Shown: positions 49,600-60,282 of the stretch, piece by piece | How the letters are laid out: each line of letters opens with the position of its first letter | Numbering within the stretch: position 1 is the stretch's first letter | NCBI GenBank assembly: GCA_965216755.1 | Contig: CBDCGL010000011.1 | Coordinates: 512,001 to 576,000 of the forward strand | Reading direction: 5' to 3' | From: Alphaproteobacteria bacterium | GTDB lineage: Bacteria; Pseudomonadota; Alphaproteobacteria; UBA7887 | DNA: 64,000 nucleotides | Translations under genes and position numbers: made by a program | The notes under the pieces: generated by a model | What the model was told of the DNA's origin: nothing | What the model saw: the letters and a program-made list of their open reading frames with translations, nothing else | The model's database searches: none

Positions 49600-49897
49600 G
49601 CGGCCAGCTTCCCGCGGTTCCCTTGCTTCGCCGCGCAGCGCCGTTGTGGCTGCGGGGTTGCCATCAATATAGGGTCTCCCGAAATCGCCGCCAAATCCCC
49701 CATTTTTCGAAAAATCGTTGGGGACGATGGATTGTTGCCCGGGCCGCGCAGCGCCGTTATTGTCGTGACACCCCCGACCATTCAAGGGATTGGTGGCGAT
49801 GCGCCGCGGCGGGCGCGCAATCTTTCGCTGACCAGTAGGCGGCCGACGTTCAGACCGAGTTCGGCGCCACTCTGCTTTTGCAGCAGGAGCACGGAGT

Positions 49898-50803
49898 ATG
49901 TTTAGAGGATCAATTACCGCCCTGATCACGCCGTTTCGCGAAGGCCAGGTTGACGAGCCGGCTCTTCAGCGCCTGGTCGACTGGCAGATCAAAGAGGGCA
50001 GCCATGGACTTGTACCATGCGGAACAACCGGCGAGTCACCGACGCTCAACCACGCCGAGCATATGCGCGTCGTTGAAATTTGCATTGAGGCCGCTGCCGG
50101 CCGTGTTCCGGTAATCGCTGGCACTGGGTCCAACTCAACAGAAGAAGCGATCAGCCTCACGCGCCACGCCAAGAAATCTGGCGCTGCTGGCGCCCTAGTA
50201 GTCATGCCCTACTATAATAAGCCGACCGCCGAAGGGCAGTATCAGCACTTTAAAGCCATCGCGGAAGCGGCTGATATGCCGATCATTATTTATAATATTC
50301 CAGGTCGCTCCGTGGTTGACATGTCGGTTGAGACCATGGCCCGCTTGGCGGCCGTACCCAACATCGTCGGGGTCAAAGACGCGACCAGCGATCCGGTTCG
50401 GCCTAGTGTGACGCGCCAGGTTATCGGTCCGGACTTCTGTCAGTTGTCCGGAGAAGATGGTTCGGCGCTGGCTCTGCTGGCCCATGGCGGTCATGGCTGT
50501 ATATCGGTGACGGCGAACGTAGCGCCGCGTTTGTGCGCGGCTTTCCAAGACGCTTGGCACAACAACGACCCAGCGGGCGCTTTGGCGTTACAGGATCGAT
50601 TGTTGCCGCTTCACGCCGCGCTATTCGTCGAGACGAGCCCAGGACCAGTTAAATACGCGGCCAGTCTTTTGGGGCTTTGCACGCCCGATATGCGCTTGCC
50701 GATGACCGAGATCGCGGCGGCAACGAAGGATCGTGTACGCGACGCTCTACATGCGGCCGGAATCGCCATAGAAGATGTGGGGCAGTGGCAAGCGGCCCAG
50801 TAA
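49898..50803 (+). CDS. dapA: 4-hydroxy-tetrahydrodipicolinate synthase
   Basis: ALITPF, GTTGES, PYYNKP, YNIPGR, GVKDA and SGED motifs. Confidence 0.96.
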   Translation: MFRGSITALITPFREGQVDEPALQRLVDWQIKEGSHGLVPCGTTGESPTLNHAEHMRVVEICIEAAAGRVPVIAGTGSNSTEEAISLTRHAKKSGAAGALVVMPYYNKPTAEGQYQHFKAIAEAADMPIIIYNIPGRSVVDMSVETMARLAAVPNIVGVKDATSDPVRPSVTRQVIGPDFCQLSGEDGSALALLAHGGHGCISVTANVAPRLCAAFQDAWHNNDPAGALALQDRLLPLHAALFVETSPGPVKYAASLLGLCTPDMRLPMTEIAAATKDRVRDALHAAGIAIEDVGQWQAAQ

Positions 50804-51258
50804 ACCGCAAGGTCGTCGCGCAAAACCGCAAGGCTCGACATAATTACTTCATCGAGGACACGGTCGAAGCGGGCATCATGCTGGTCGGAACAGAAGTGAA
50901 ATCGCTGCGCGAAGGGCGGGCCAATTTAGGCGATGCATACGCGGAACCGCGCGACGGCAACCTCTATTTGGTCAACGCGCACATATCCCCCTATGGCGCG
51001 GCAAATCGGTTCAATCACGATCCGCTGCGGCCGCGAGCGCTGCTCTTGCGACGGCGCGAACTCAACAAATTGACCGGTCTTGTCAATCGCGAGGGTTATA
51101 CGCTGGTACCCCTGTCGATTTATTTCAACGAACGCGGCATCGCAAAAGTAGATCTGGGACTGGCGCGTGGTCGTAAACAACATGATAAGCGTGAGCGAGA
51201 GAAGACACGCGATTGGCAACGCGAAAAGGCGCGGCTATTGCGTCACCGGCACGAGTAA
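50785..51258 (+). CDS. smpB: SsrA-binding protein
   Basis: [16 protein letters not shown] and HDKRE motifs. The GTG start overlaps the dapA end. Confidence 0.95.
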   Translation: MASGPVNRKVVAQNRKARHNYFIEDTVEAGIMLVGTEVKSLREGRANLGDAYAEPRDGNLYLVNAHISPYGAANRFNHDPLRPRALLLRRRELNKLTGLVNREGYTLVPLSIYFNERGIAKVDLGLARGRKQHDKREREKTRDWQREKARLLRHRHE

Positions 51259-51270
51259 GGGCGAGCGGCC

Positions 51271-51849
51271 ATGATACGAACATTGCGACCGGCGGCGAAG
51301 GCCTGGGTGCCTATTCTTGCGTCGATCACCGTTTGCGTCGCGGTTCTTGTGGGGAGGCACGCCATGGCCGCGTCGGCGCATAACTTTGAATTCGATTCAA
51401 TTGACGGGCAAACACTTCCATTGGCGAACTATGCGGGACACCCGGTGTTGATCGTAAATACCGCATCGTTTTGTGGGTTTACGCATCAATATGAGGGCCT
51501 ACAGGCGCTTTGGCAGACATATCGCGACCGCGGCTTGGTCGTGCTCGCCGTGCCGTCGAACGACTTCGGAGGGCAGGAGCCCCATGGCGAAGCCGAGATT
51601 AAGACATTTTGTGAAACCAATTTTAACGTCGATTTTCCACTCACGGCGAAGCAAAAAGTGATCGGTTCGACGGCCCATCCCTTTTATCGATGGATAGCGG
51701 ATGAGCTTGGGGAGGATCACGCGCCGCGCTGGAACTTTCACAAATATCTCGTCGCACCGGACGGTCACTTGGCTGGCGCCTGGCCATCGCAAGTGGCGCC
51801 GGAGTCGGCAGATATAACCGGTGCCATCGAAGCGTTCCTGGCGCGCTGA
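51271..51849 (+). CDS. Cys-type glutathione peroxidase, probably exported
   Basis: VNTASFCG, NDFGGQE and WNFHKYL motifs; hydrophobic N-terminus ending AMA. Confidence 0.9.
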   Translation: MIRTLRPAAKAWVPILASITVCVAVLVGRHAMAASAHNFEFDSIDGQTLPLANYAGHPVLIVNTASFCGFTHQYEGLQALWQTYRDRGLVVLAVPSNDFGGQEPHGEAEIKTFCETNFNVDFPLTAKQKVIGSTAHPFYRWIADELGEDHAPRWNFHKYLVAPDGHLAGAWPSQVAPESADITGAIEAFLAR

Positions 51850-51864
51850 TAGCGAGTCTTTGCG

Positions 51865-52512
51865 CTATTGGGCGGCTGACCCGAGGCGCGCCTGTATCGC
51901 GGCGACAACATCTTCAAACATCGCTTCTGTCAGGCGCCCGGTGTTGGTGTTGTAGCGCGAGCAATGGTAGCTATCGAACAAATCGACGTCTTGACCGAGT
52001 GCGTGGCGTCGGCCATGGCCAAACGGATGCGCCGCCAGGCGGATGCCGAGCGTCTTGAGAACTGCATCATGGGCAATGCGGCCCAGCGCCAACATGGCCC
52101 GCAGCTCCGTCATATGTGTCAGTTCAGCTTTCAAGAAGCTGCCGCATGACCGGATCTCTGAACCAACGGGCTTATTTTCAGGCGGGACACAGCGGACGGC
52201 GTTTGTCACGCGGCAATCGTTCAGAGCCAAGCCATCGTCAGGCGTGGCCTTGTAGCGGCCAACAGCGAAGCCGAATTTCAGCAACGTGGCGTAGAGTAGG
52301 TCGCCGGCGAAATCGCCTGTGAATGGGCGACCTGTCCGGTTAGCGCCGCGCAGCCCAGGTGCAAGCCCGACGATGAGCAGACGCGCGCCGCTTTCCCCGA
52401 AAGAAGCCACCGGCGCATTGTGCCAATCCGGATACAAACGACGGTTCGCGTGCCTAAATGCTTCTAGGCGCGGACAGAAATCACAGTCACGGTCGGGAAG
52501 AAGATCTGCCAA
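51865..52512 (-). CDS. Uracil-DNA glycosylase, family 5 (4Fe-4S)
   Basis: CDFCPRL, GLAPG..GANRTGRPFTGD, AVRCVPPENKP and YHCSRYNTNTG motifs. Confidence 0.9.
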   Translation of the reverse strand: MADLLPDRDCDFCPRLEAFRHANRRLYPDWHNAPVASFGESGARLLIVGLAPGLRGANRTGRPFTGDFAGDLLYATLLKFGFAVGRYKATPDDGLALNDCRVTNAVRCVPPENKPVGSEIRSCGSFLKAELTHMTELRAMLALGRIAHDAVLKTLGIRLAAHPFGHGRRHALGQDVDLFDSYHCSRYNTNTGRLTEAMFEDVVAAIQARLGSAAQ

Positions 52513-52522
52513 GAAGTCCGTT

Positions 52523-53152
52523 TTACGTTAGGACTTCGGTTTCGTCCATTTCCTCAACGTCTTCATAGTCTTCGGCTTCATCATCGTCAAATTGCTGACG
52601 TGTGTATCGGTTCGGCTCTCGTGTCACGTCGCGCGCGATCGACTCGGCAAGGTCCTGCAATTCCACGAACGTATCAGCCTGGCGACGCAACTCATCCGCG
52701 ACCATCGGGGGTTGGGACTTGATCGTCGACACCACCGAGACACGAAGGCCTCGGCGTTGTACGGCCTCGACCAAACGTCGAAAATCTCCATCACCCGAGA
52801 ACAGTACAATGTGGTCGAGCTTGTCCGCCATCTCCATCATGTCGATGGCGAGTTCAATATCCATGTTGCCCTTAAGCTTTCTGCGTCCGTAAGAATCGGT
52901 ATATTCTTTGGTCGGCTTGGTGACCATGGTATAACCATTATAGTCTAACCAATCCACCAATGGTCTTATCGGAGAATATTCCTGATCGTCCAAAAGTGCC
53001 GTATAATAAAAAGCCCGAACCAAGCGGCCTTTGCTCGCAAAGAGTTCTAACAGTCTTTTGTAGTCGATATCGAACTCTAATGATCTCGCGGCGTTATATA
53101 GATTTGATCCATCAATAAATAACGCTATTCGTTCCTCAGGATAGAATTTCAT
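52523..53152 (-). CDS. NYN-domain (LabA/DUF88) protein
   Basis: FIDGSN, KGNMDIELAID, SGDGDF and LRRQAD motifs. Confidence 0.92.
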   Translation of the reverse strand: MKFYPEERIALFIDGSNLYNAARSLEFDIDYKRLLELFASKGRLVRAFYYTALLDDQEYSPIRPLVDWLDYNGYTMVTKPTKEYTDSYGRRKLKGNMDIELAIDMMEMADKLDHIVLFSGDGDFRRLVEAVQRRGLRVSVVSTIKSQPPMVADELRRQADTFVELQDLAESIARDVTREPNRYTRQQFDDDEAEDYEDVEEMDETEVLT

Positions 53153-53303
53153 GATGACCGGTTCCCTTAACCCTCTGGCTTCATCCTACACTATTTCTGC
53201 GATCCGCGTGAATGCCCGATAAAATGTTGTACTTAATTCCTTTCTCGAGCGTAGGCCTTACGTAGCTACGTGCAGAGGATTAACAAGTGAAATTTGTTGC
53301 GAG

Positions 53304-53807
53304 GTGACCGACGGAATATTCATAGCGTTGGGGTCAAATCTACCTGCGCCGGATTTGCCCAGCCCGCTGGCCACGTGTCAGTCGGCAGTTGCTGCGCTGA
53401 TTGATAGTGGTGTCTCAATAAAGCGTCAATCGCGTTGGTACTTGAGCCGCCCATTGCCCGACAGCGATCAGCCGTGGTTCGTCAATGGCGTCGTATCCAT
53501 TGAAACCGATGGCACTCCGGAACTGCTGCTGGCCGATCTACATCGCTTAGAGGCAAGCTTCGGTCGGCGCAGACGTAAGCGTTGGGAGGCACGGATCCTT
53601 GACCTCGATCTCATTTCATTTGGCGACCGCGTGGTTTTGGGCCATGGCGAGGGGCTGTCGCTGCCGCATCCGCGCATGCATCAGCGGGCCTTTGTTTTGC
53701 GCCCTTTGGCCGAGATTGCACCGAATTGGCGTCACCCGCAATTCGGCAATACGGTCGATGACCTTCTGGCAAACTGCGCCGATACGCAAGTTACCGTACG
53801 AATATAG
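53304..53807 (+). CDS. folK: 2-amino-4-hydroxy-6-hydroxymethyldihydropteridine diphosphokinase
   Basis: ALGSNL, FVN, RILDLDL and PHPRMHQRAFVLRPL motifs. Confidence 0.93.
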   Translation: MTDGIFIALGSNLPAPDLPSPLATCQSAVAALIDSGVSIKRQSRWYLSRPLPDSDQPWFVNGVVSIETDGTPELLLADLHRLEASFGRRRRKRWEARILDLDLISFGDRVVLGHGEGLSLPHPRMHQRAFVLRPLAEIAPNWRHPQFGNTVDDLLANCADTQVTVRI

Positions 53808-53904
53808 CGAAATCGTTGGATGCATGGTGTTGAATACCGCCGTGCGGGCCCATATGATCGACTAGGAAACCCATTCCCGTTGAAATGTTGCGGAGAAGTT
53901 GTTT

Positions 53905-54288
53905 ATGGCGCGCGTTACCGTAGAAGACTGTGTACTACGAATCCCAAACCGGTTTGAGCTGGTTATGCTGGCGTCACAAAGGGCACGCGATATTTCGGCG
54001 GGAACGCCACTGACGATTGACCGGGATAACGACAAGAACCCGGTGATTGCGTTGCGGGAAATCGCCGACGACACGGTGGCACCAGACGCGCTGACTGAGA
54101 GCTTGTTGCGTGGGCTTCAAAGGCACGCAGAATCTGATGAGCCAGAAGAAGAACAAATGGCTCTGCCGCAGGCGATCGAAGACGTGTCGCCTGTTCAGCC
54201 GATTGAACCGAATGCACGCGAAGCCGATGCGGCAGGTATCCAAGTAATCGACGTAAATGCCGATGACGGGGTGCTCGACGTCGAATAA
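53905..54288 (+). CDS. rpoZ: RNA polymerase omega subunit
   Basis: [15 protein letters not shown] and [12 protein letters not shown] motifs. Confidence 0.96.
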   Translation: MARVTVEDCVLRIPNRFELVMLASQRARDISAGTPLTIDRDNDKNPVIALREIADDTVAPDALTESLLRGLQRHAESDEPEEEQMALPQAIEDVSPVQPIEPNAREADAAGIQVIDVNADDGVLDVE

Positions 54289-54450
54289 GAGCCGTGGCCG
54301 CGTTCCGATCCGCGTTTTGTCGTTGGCGGGAAGCAGGGCGCGTTGCACACCGGGCGCGCAGATGGACGCGGTTAGGGGCGTACAGGCTGGTGGGCGATGT
54401 GCGCCGGCACCGCGGAACGTTGCCCGCCCGACGAAACAAATCGGCGCCCA

Positions 54451-56613
54451 GTGATACGCCAATACGAGCTCGTTGATCGAGTCCGGGCTTATGACCCGAA
54501 CGCGGATGAAGGCGTTCTGAACCGGGCGTATGTGTTTTCCATGGTGCGCCACGGCGCGCAGACCAGGGCGTCTGGAGACCCGTACTTTTCACACCCGCTT
54601 GAAGTGGCCGGCATTCTGACGGATTTGCGGTTGGACGCCGCGTCCATAGTGACCGCTTTGCTGCATGACACAGTCGAAGACGGTGTCGCCAGCGAGAGTG
54701 AAATAACCTCGTATTTCGGCGACGAGATCGCCCGATTGGTCGATGGCGTCACCAAACTCAGCAAATTGTCTTATCGCGGCAATCCGACCCGCCGGCAGGC
54801 CGAGAACTTTCGAAAACTGCTTGTGGCCATGTCGGAGGACATCCGCGTGCTTTTGGTGAAGCTGGCGGATCGGCTGCACAATATGCGCACCCTGGGGCAT
54901 ATCAATAACCCGGATAAGCGTCGGCGAATTGCCTCGGAGACAATGGAAATCTACGCGCCATTGGCTGAGCGCATTGGCATGCAGACCCTGAAGGACGAAC
55001 TTGAAGATCTGTCATTCGCTGAACTCAATCCCGATGCGCGGCGATCGATTTCTCGACGACTTGAGTTCTTGCGCGAGAGCGAAGGCGCGCGTATCCCCGA
55101 AATTGTCGCTGAGCTCAAGGCGACCCTGGCTTCTGCTGGCATCGAAGCGCGCGTGTATGGGCGCGAAAAGAGGCCGTTCTCCATTTGGCGCAAAATGGAA
55201 CGAAAACACATACCGTTCGAGCAAATCGCGGACGTTATGGCATTTCGCGTGGTCGTGCCGTCGGTTCCCGAATGCTATCAGGCACTTGGGGTTGTGCATC
55301 GCGCCTATCCGATGGTTCCGGGCCGCTTTAAGGACTTCATGTCGACCCCCAAGCCAAACGGCTACGAATCCCTGCACACCGCCGTGATTGGTCCGCAAAG
55401 GCGTCGCATAGAGATTCAGATTCGCGATCAAGAACAGCATGAGATTGCTGAATTTGGCGTCGCGGCACATTGGATCTACAAGCACGCTGATTCCGGTGCT
55501 GCCTTGAAAGATGGAAGAAAATACAGATGGTTACGAGAACTCTTAGAGATTCTAGACCACACGGCCGGACCGGAAGAATTCCTCGAGCATACAAAACTCG
55601 AGATGTATCAAGACCAAGTTTTCTGCTTCACGCCTAAGGGGGATCTTATCGCCTTGCCACATGGCGCCACGCCGGTGGATTTTGCGTATGCGGTTCACTC
55701 AGACGTTGGCGATACCTGCGTCGGGGCTAAGATAAATGGCAGGGTGGCGCCGTTGCGGACGGCTTTGTCCAACGGCGACCAGGTCGAGATATTGGTTTCC
55801 GATGGCCAGACGCCGGATCCGAATTGGGAACGGTTTGTGGTCACGGGTAAGGCTCGCGCTCGGATCCGCCGCTCGGTTCGCAAGCGCGAAGCAGCGGAGT
55901 ATGCGAGCCTTGGTGAGGCAATTCTTGCGAAGACCTTGAGCCAACACGACCAAGAGCTCAAGTCCGAGCTCGTGAGACCACATCTAAAGTCGTTCAAAGT
56001 ACGCTCGTTGCGGGCCTTGTACGGGTTGGTCGGGCGCGGCCAACTGGATCCCGATGCGGTTTATGAAACGCTGTTTCCGTCGGCCCGTCCGGCGGCACAC
56101 CGGAAATCTGGCAACGGCCCGTTTCGGCCGAGCAAATCTCATGATCCATCTTCTGGGGGCTTGGCCGTTCCCATCCGCGGGCTGACGCCCGGTATGGCCT
56201 TGCACTTGGCTGACTGCTGTCATCCATTGCCTGGAGATCGGATCGTCGGGTTGGTGACCGAGGGAAAAGGCGTGACGATTCATACCATCGATTGCGAGAC
56301 GCTGGAGAGCTTTGCGGCAACGCCGGAGCGTTGGCTCGATGTGGCCTGGAATCCCTCCGGCCACCAGGCCGAGATGTATACCGGTCGAATCGAGACAGTG
56401 CTGAACAATGTGCCGGGCAGCCTCAACGCGCTGACTGAGGTCATCGCTCAGTCCCAAGGCAATATCTCGAACCTTCGCGTTACCCATCGATCCCAAGAAT
56501 TCTTTGAGATGGCGGTCGACGTTGAAGTGGCCGATTTAAAACACTTGACCGCCATTATCGCAGCCTTGCGGGCCAATCCATCGATCTATCAAGTCCAGCG
56601 GGCAAATCCGTAA
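54451..56613 (+). CDS. spoT: Bifunctional (p)ppGpp synthetase/hydrolase (Rel/Rsh)
   Basis: RASGDPYFSHP, HDTVED, KLADRLHNMRT and EIQIR motifs, then TGS (FTPKG..DFAYAVH), CC and ACT domains. Start taken as GTG 54451. Confidence 0.95.
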   Translation: MIRQYELVDRVRAYDPNADEGVLNRAYVFSMVRHGAQTRASGDPYFSHPLEVAGILTDLRLDAASIVTALLHDTVEDGVASESEITSYFGDEIARLVDGVTKLSKLSYRGNPTRRQAENFRKLLVAMSEDIRVLLVKLADRLHNMRTLGHINNPDKRRRIASETMEIYAPLAERIGMQTLKDELEDLSFAELNPDARRSISRRLEFLRESEGARIPEIVAELKATLASAGIEARVYGREKRPFSIWRKMERKHIPFEQIADVMAFRVVVPSVPECYQALGVVHRAYPMVPGRFKDFMSTPKPNGYESLHTAVIGPQRRRIEIQIRDQEQHEIAEFGVAAHWIYKHADSGAALKDGRKYRWLRELLEILDHTAGPEEFLEHTKLEMYQDQVFCFTPKGDLIALPHGATPVDFAYAVHSDVGDTCVGAKINGRVAPLRTALSNGDQVEILVSDGQTPDPNWERFVVTGKARARIRRSVRKREAAEYASLGEAILAKTLSQHDQELKSELVRPHLKSFKVRSLRALYGLVGRGQLDPDAVYETLFPSARPAAHRKSGNGPFRPSKSHDPSSGGLAVPIRGLTPGMALHLADCCHPLPGDRIVGLVTEGKGVTIHTIDCETLESFAATPERWLDVAWNPSGHQAEMYTGRIETVLNNVPGSLNALTEVIAQSQGNISNLRVTHRSQEFFEMAVDVEVADLKHLTAIIAALRANPSIYQVQRANP

Positions 56614-56867
56614 GGCCAACAGGTACTTGAAACGACGGATGCAAGTTTCGACAAGCCGCGCGGCCCCGGTCGATGAACCACGCGCCAGCCAGTCCCGCAC
56701 CCAATTGCAACTGTATCAACTCTTGACGTGGCAGCTTTGCGTGCGAGTTTATCTATTTGCAGGCGATGGAAAATATTCAAGTGAGTAGATCCAAAGACAT
56801 GGCGCTGCCGGGCGACGTTCCACGTCGTTGGTTCATTGCTGCCGTTGTCGGCGGTTGAGCACGGACC

Positions 56868-57443
56868 ATGTTTCGAGCACGCCGCGCACCTAATCTGTTG
56901 TCCCGGCTGTTTCGTGTGGTTTGGCCGCGCAAAGGCTGGAGTCGCGGTGTTGCCTATCTTGGTCATCGGGTCGGACGTTTACCGGGCACGCCAAGCAAAA
57001 TCGCAGCAGGGTTCGCGTGCGGTGCGGCCATATCCTTCACCCCATTCATCGGCTTTCATTTTGTGTTGGCCGCATTCTCCTCTTGGTTGTTGGGGGGCAA
57101 TCTTCTGGCGTCGGCGATCGGCACCGTGGTTGGCAATCCGTGGACCTTCCCAATTATCTGGATCAGCAGCTACCGTTTGGGCTGCTGGTTTCTTGGCCAG
57201 AACAGTGTGACCGAGCTCCCGCAAGAGTTGACCATGACGTATATTGTGGACAATCCGGGAGCGGTATTGTTACCCATGGCGATGGGTGGCATTCCCATGG
57301 CCGTCGTCGCCTGGGTAGTATCGTATTGGCTCGTCCGTCGCGCGGTCGACAGATATCAGAAGATGCGGATCGCGCGGCGGCGGCGCCGCTTTTTGCGACG
57401 GCGCCGGCCAGGGAATTTGGGTACGGAGACCCTTGAGCTATGA
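56868..57443 (+). CDS. DUF2062-family membrane protein
   Basis: [26 protein letters not shown] and GNPWTFP motifs; hydrophobic segments. Confidence 0.85.
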   Translation: MFRARRAPNLLSRLFRVVWPRKGWSRGVAYLGHRVGRLPGTPSKIAAGFACGAAISFTPFIGFHFVLAAFSSWLLGGNLLASAIGTVVGNPWTFPIIWISSYRLGCWFLGQNSVTELPQELTMTYIVDNPGAVLLPMAMGGIPMAVVAWVVSYWLVRRAVDRYQKMRIARRRRRFLRRRRPGNLGTETLEL

Positions 57444-58198
57444 ATAGCAATAGGCTGCGGCTCGGCGTCAATATCGACCATGTGGCAACGATTCGGAACG
57501 CGCGCGGTGGTCGGCATCCCGACCCGGTGCGGGCCGCGAGACTGGCCGCGGAAAGCGGCGCCGACGGTATTACCGCTCACTTGCGAGAAGACCGCCGTCA
57601 TATTTCGGACGATGACATATCGCGGCTGAAGTCTGAGATCGATTTACCGCTGAACCTAGAGATGGCGGCGACGCCCGAAATGTTGGCCATCGCGTCGGCC
57701 ACCAAGCCGCCGCGTGTGTGCCTGGTTCCGGAGAAGCGTGCCGAATTGACAACCGAAGGTGGCCTGGATGCGGCCGCCCACCACGCACAGTTAGCGCCGT
57801 TTATCGCCAAGCTGCATGATGAAGGCATTCGCGTCTCCTTGTTTGTCGATCCAGAGCCGGTTCAGATAGCCGTCGCGAAGGCCTTGAAGGCGGACGTCGT
57901 CGAATTGCATACGGGGACCTATTCCGAAATTGGCGAGGGCGCGAGCGCCGGGGAACTGGAGCGATTGCGGGTCGCTGCCGTTCAGGCGCAAGCCGCTGGA
58001 TTGGAATGTCATGCCGGGCATGGGCTCAGTTTTGATACCGTTGGCCCAGTGGCGGAGATTGCGGAATTGTCTGAGCTCAACATCGGTCATTTCTTGGTTG
58101 GGGAGGCCATTTTCGGCGGGTTGGACAGCGCAATCCGCAGGATGCGGGCTCTTATGGACCGGGCCAGGGCCGACGTTGACGGACGTCAATCGGCCTAG
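57440..58198 (+). CDS. pdxJ: Pyridoxine 5'-phosphate synthase
   Basis: [34 protein letters not shown] and NIGH motifs. Confidence 0.97.
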   Translation: MNSNRLRLGVNIDHVATIRNARGGRHPDPVRAARLAAESGADGITAHLREDRRHISDDDISRLKSEIDLPLNLEMAATPEMLAIASATKPPRVCLVPEKRAELTTEGGLDAAAHHAQLAPFIAKLHDEGIRVSLFVDPEPVQIAVAKALKADVVELHTGTYSEIGEGASAGELERLRVAAVQAQAAGLECHAGHGLSFDTVGPVAEIAELSELNIGHFLVGEAIFGGLDSAIRRMRALMDRARADVDGRQSA

Positions 58199-58234
58199 CA
58201 AGGCGACCGGGGATGGCCTGGTGGGCGCGGTGAC

Positions 58235-58636
58235 ATGATCGTTGGCATCGGTCATGACGTGTGCGACGCACGACGGATAGAGCGCACGTTGGCGCGCTTT
58301 GGCTTGCGATTCACGCACCGGATATTTACCCATGTGGAACGCACAAAATGCGATCGTCGTGCGAAACGGGCGGACAGCTACGCGCGTCGGTTCGCGGCCA
58401 AGGAAGCCTGTTCCAAAGCATTGGGTACGGGATTCCGCCGCGGCGTTTTTTGGCGTGATATTGGCGTGGTCAATCTGCCCGGCGGCAAACCGACGCTGGA
58501 GCTGACAGGCGGGGCACGGGAGCGCCTAGACGCACTGACTCCTGAGGGCATGATGGCCAAGGTTGATTTGACGATGACCGATGATCGCGAATTAGCTCAC
58601 GCCATCGTCATAATATCGGCCATACCAGAGGCGTAG
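58235..58636 (+). CDS. acpS: Holo-ACP synthase
   Basis: [22 protein letters not shown] and GKP motifs. Confidence 0.95.
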   Translation: MIVGIGHDVCDARRIERTLARFGLRFTHRIFTHVERTKCDRRAKRADSYARRFAAKEACSKALGTGFRRGVFWRDIGVVNLPGGKPTLELTGGARERLDALTPEGMMAKVDLTMTDDRELAHAIVIISAIPEA

Positions 58637-58795
58637 CGGGCACGAGCCGGTCTGAGCCTTTGCCGGTTTACGATGAATTTGCCGTTGCGTTCCTGCGCCT
58701 AGGCCTTAAATTGAGCCGCCGCCGCGCACCCCGCCGCGGTGTCGTTCATCCATTTATCCCCAGCCATCACTTTGAGTCAGCAGCAAGGCTTCATC

Positions 58796-59566
58796 ATGGC
58801 GCGGCGCGCAAATAGCCTATGGGAATTTCTCAAGACCGTCATCTATGCGGTCATCATCGCGACCGTTATCCGGACTTTCGCTTACGAGCCGTTCAATATT
58901 CCGTCGGGTTCCATGATTCCGACCTTGCTGGTCGGGGATTACCTGTTCGTATCGAAGTTTTCATATGGGTTTAGCCAATACTCGTTTCCTTTTGGAATCG
59001 TGCGCTACAAGGGGCGCTTGCTGTACGATCGTCCCAAACGCGGCGATGTGGCCGTGTTCAAGCTGCCGCGGCCGCGCGCGGGAAGAACACGCGACAACGG
59101 CAATCAGGATTTCGATCAACCGGACTACATCAAGCGGATCGTCGGCCTTCCCGGCGACAAGATCCAAGTGATCAACGGCGTTCTTCATATCAATGCTCAG
59201 CCGGTGCGCCGCGAACAAATCGAGGATTTCGCGTACGATCACAATGGTAGCCAACGCGTGGTGCGGCAGTACCGCGAGACACTGCCGAACGGCGTAAGCT
59301 ACAATGTGCTGGACGAGTTTGAGGCTGGGCGATTGGACAACACAGAAATCTACGATGTGCCCGAAGGTTACTTCTTCGCGATGGGTGATAATCGGGATCG
59401 TTCGGCCGATAGCCGGGTGTTGGACCAGGTCGGATTCATTCCGGCCGAAAACCTGATTGGTCGCGCCGAGATCATATTCTTCTCCACCGATGGCGGCGCG
59501 CGACTTTGGGAATTTTGGCGGTGGCCGTTCGCGACCCGATTTTCGCGTCTCGGTCAATTGTTGTGA
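58796..59566 (+). CDS. lepB: Signal peptidase I
   Basis: IPSGSMIPTL, YIKRIVGLPGD and GDNRDRSADSR motifs. Confidence 0.96.
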   Translation: MARRANSLWEFLKTVIYAVIIATVIRTFAYEPFNIPSGSMIPTLLVGDYLFVSKFSYGFSQYSFPFGIVRYKGRLLYDRPKRGDVAVFKLPRPRAGRTRDNGNQDFDQPDYIKRIVGLPGDKIQVINGVLHINAQPVRREQIEDFAYDHNGSQRVVRQYRETLPNGVSYNVLDEFEAGRLDNTEIYDVPEGYFFAMGDNRDRSADSRVLDQVGFIPAENLIGRAEIIFFSTDGGARLWEFWRWPFATRFSRLGQLL

Positions 59567-60282
59567 CGCAATCGGTTCGGCGGCAGGGCCTTGACGCCGC
59601 CGCCGACGCCCTGGGTGTGACGATGCGGGATCCGGCGCTTTTGCGCATCGCATTGACCCACCCGAGCGCCAGCGACAAGAGTCGGACAGTCAACAACCAG
59701 CGGCTGGAGTTTCTTGGCGATCGAGTCTTAGGCCTGGTCGTCGCAGAGAAACTCTATGACACCTATCCGGATGAAGATGAGGGCGATTTAGCGCGGCGCT
59801 TCGCCGCCTTGGTCAGCGCATCGACCTTGACCGACGTTGCGCGGCGGATCGGACTCGGCGCGCACCTCCGCTTGGGAGCGGGGGAGGAAGCGAGTGACGG
59901 CCGGGATAACCCGGCAAATCTGGCTGATGCTTGTGAGGCGCTAATCGGTGCCCTGTTCCTGGACAGTGGTTTGGACGCGGCGCGGGGTTTCATTGAGCAC
60001 GGTTGGAAGGACATGATCGCTGGGCAGACCCAACCGCCACGCGATCCCAAAACCGAGCTTCAGGAGTGGACCCAGGCGCGTGGCCTTGGATTACCGCGCT
60101 ACAAGTTGGTGTCACAGACCGGCCCAGCCCATGCACCCGGTTTCGTCGTAGCAGTCCATGTCGCGGGCCAGGAACCGGAAAGTGGCGCGGGGCGATCAAA
60201 GCGGGCCGCCGAACACAAGGCAGCCGCGGCCATGGTGGCCCGCTTGGTAGCGAGACCATCCGGTGATGGTGACGACGCGTAA
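59563..60282 (+). CDS. rnc: Ribonuclease III
   Basis: ALTH, QRLEFLGD and ADACEA motifs plus dsRBD (DPKTELQEW, GPAH). GTGA overlap with lepB. Confidence 0.96.
   Translation: MTQSVRRQGLDAAADALGVTMRDPALLRIALTHPSASDKSRTVNNQRLEFLGDRVLGLVVAEKLYDTYPDEDEGDLARRFAALVSASTLTDVARRIGLGAHLRLGAGEEASDGRDNPANLADACEALIGALFLDSGLDAARGFIEHGWKDMIAGQTQPPRDPKTELQEWTQARGLGLPRYKLVSQTGPAHAPGFVVAVHVAGQEPESGAGRSKRAAEHKAAAAMVARLVARPSGDGDDA

Noticed and set aside
51271-51849. Selenocysteine in the glutathione peroxidase
   Set aside because: The catalytic position is a TGT Cys codon with no in-frame TGA.
59690-59725. RNase III signature with Q instead of E (NQRLEFLGD) as a possibly inactive enzyme
   Set aside because: The catalytic acidic residues (EFLGD and DxxE) are intact, and this variant is known in alphaproteobacteria.
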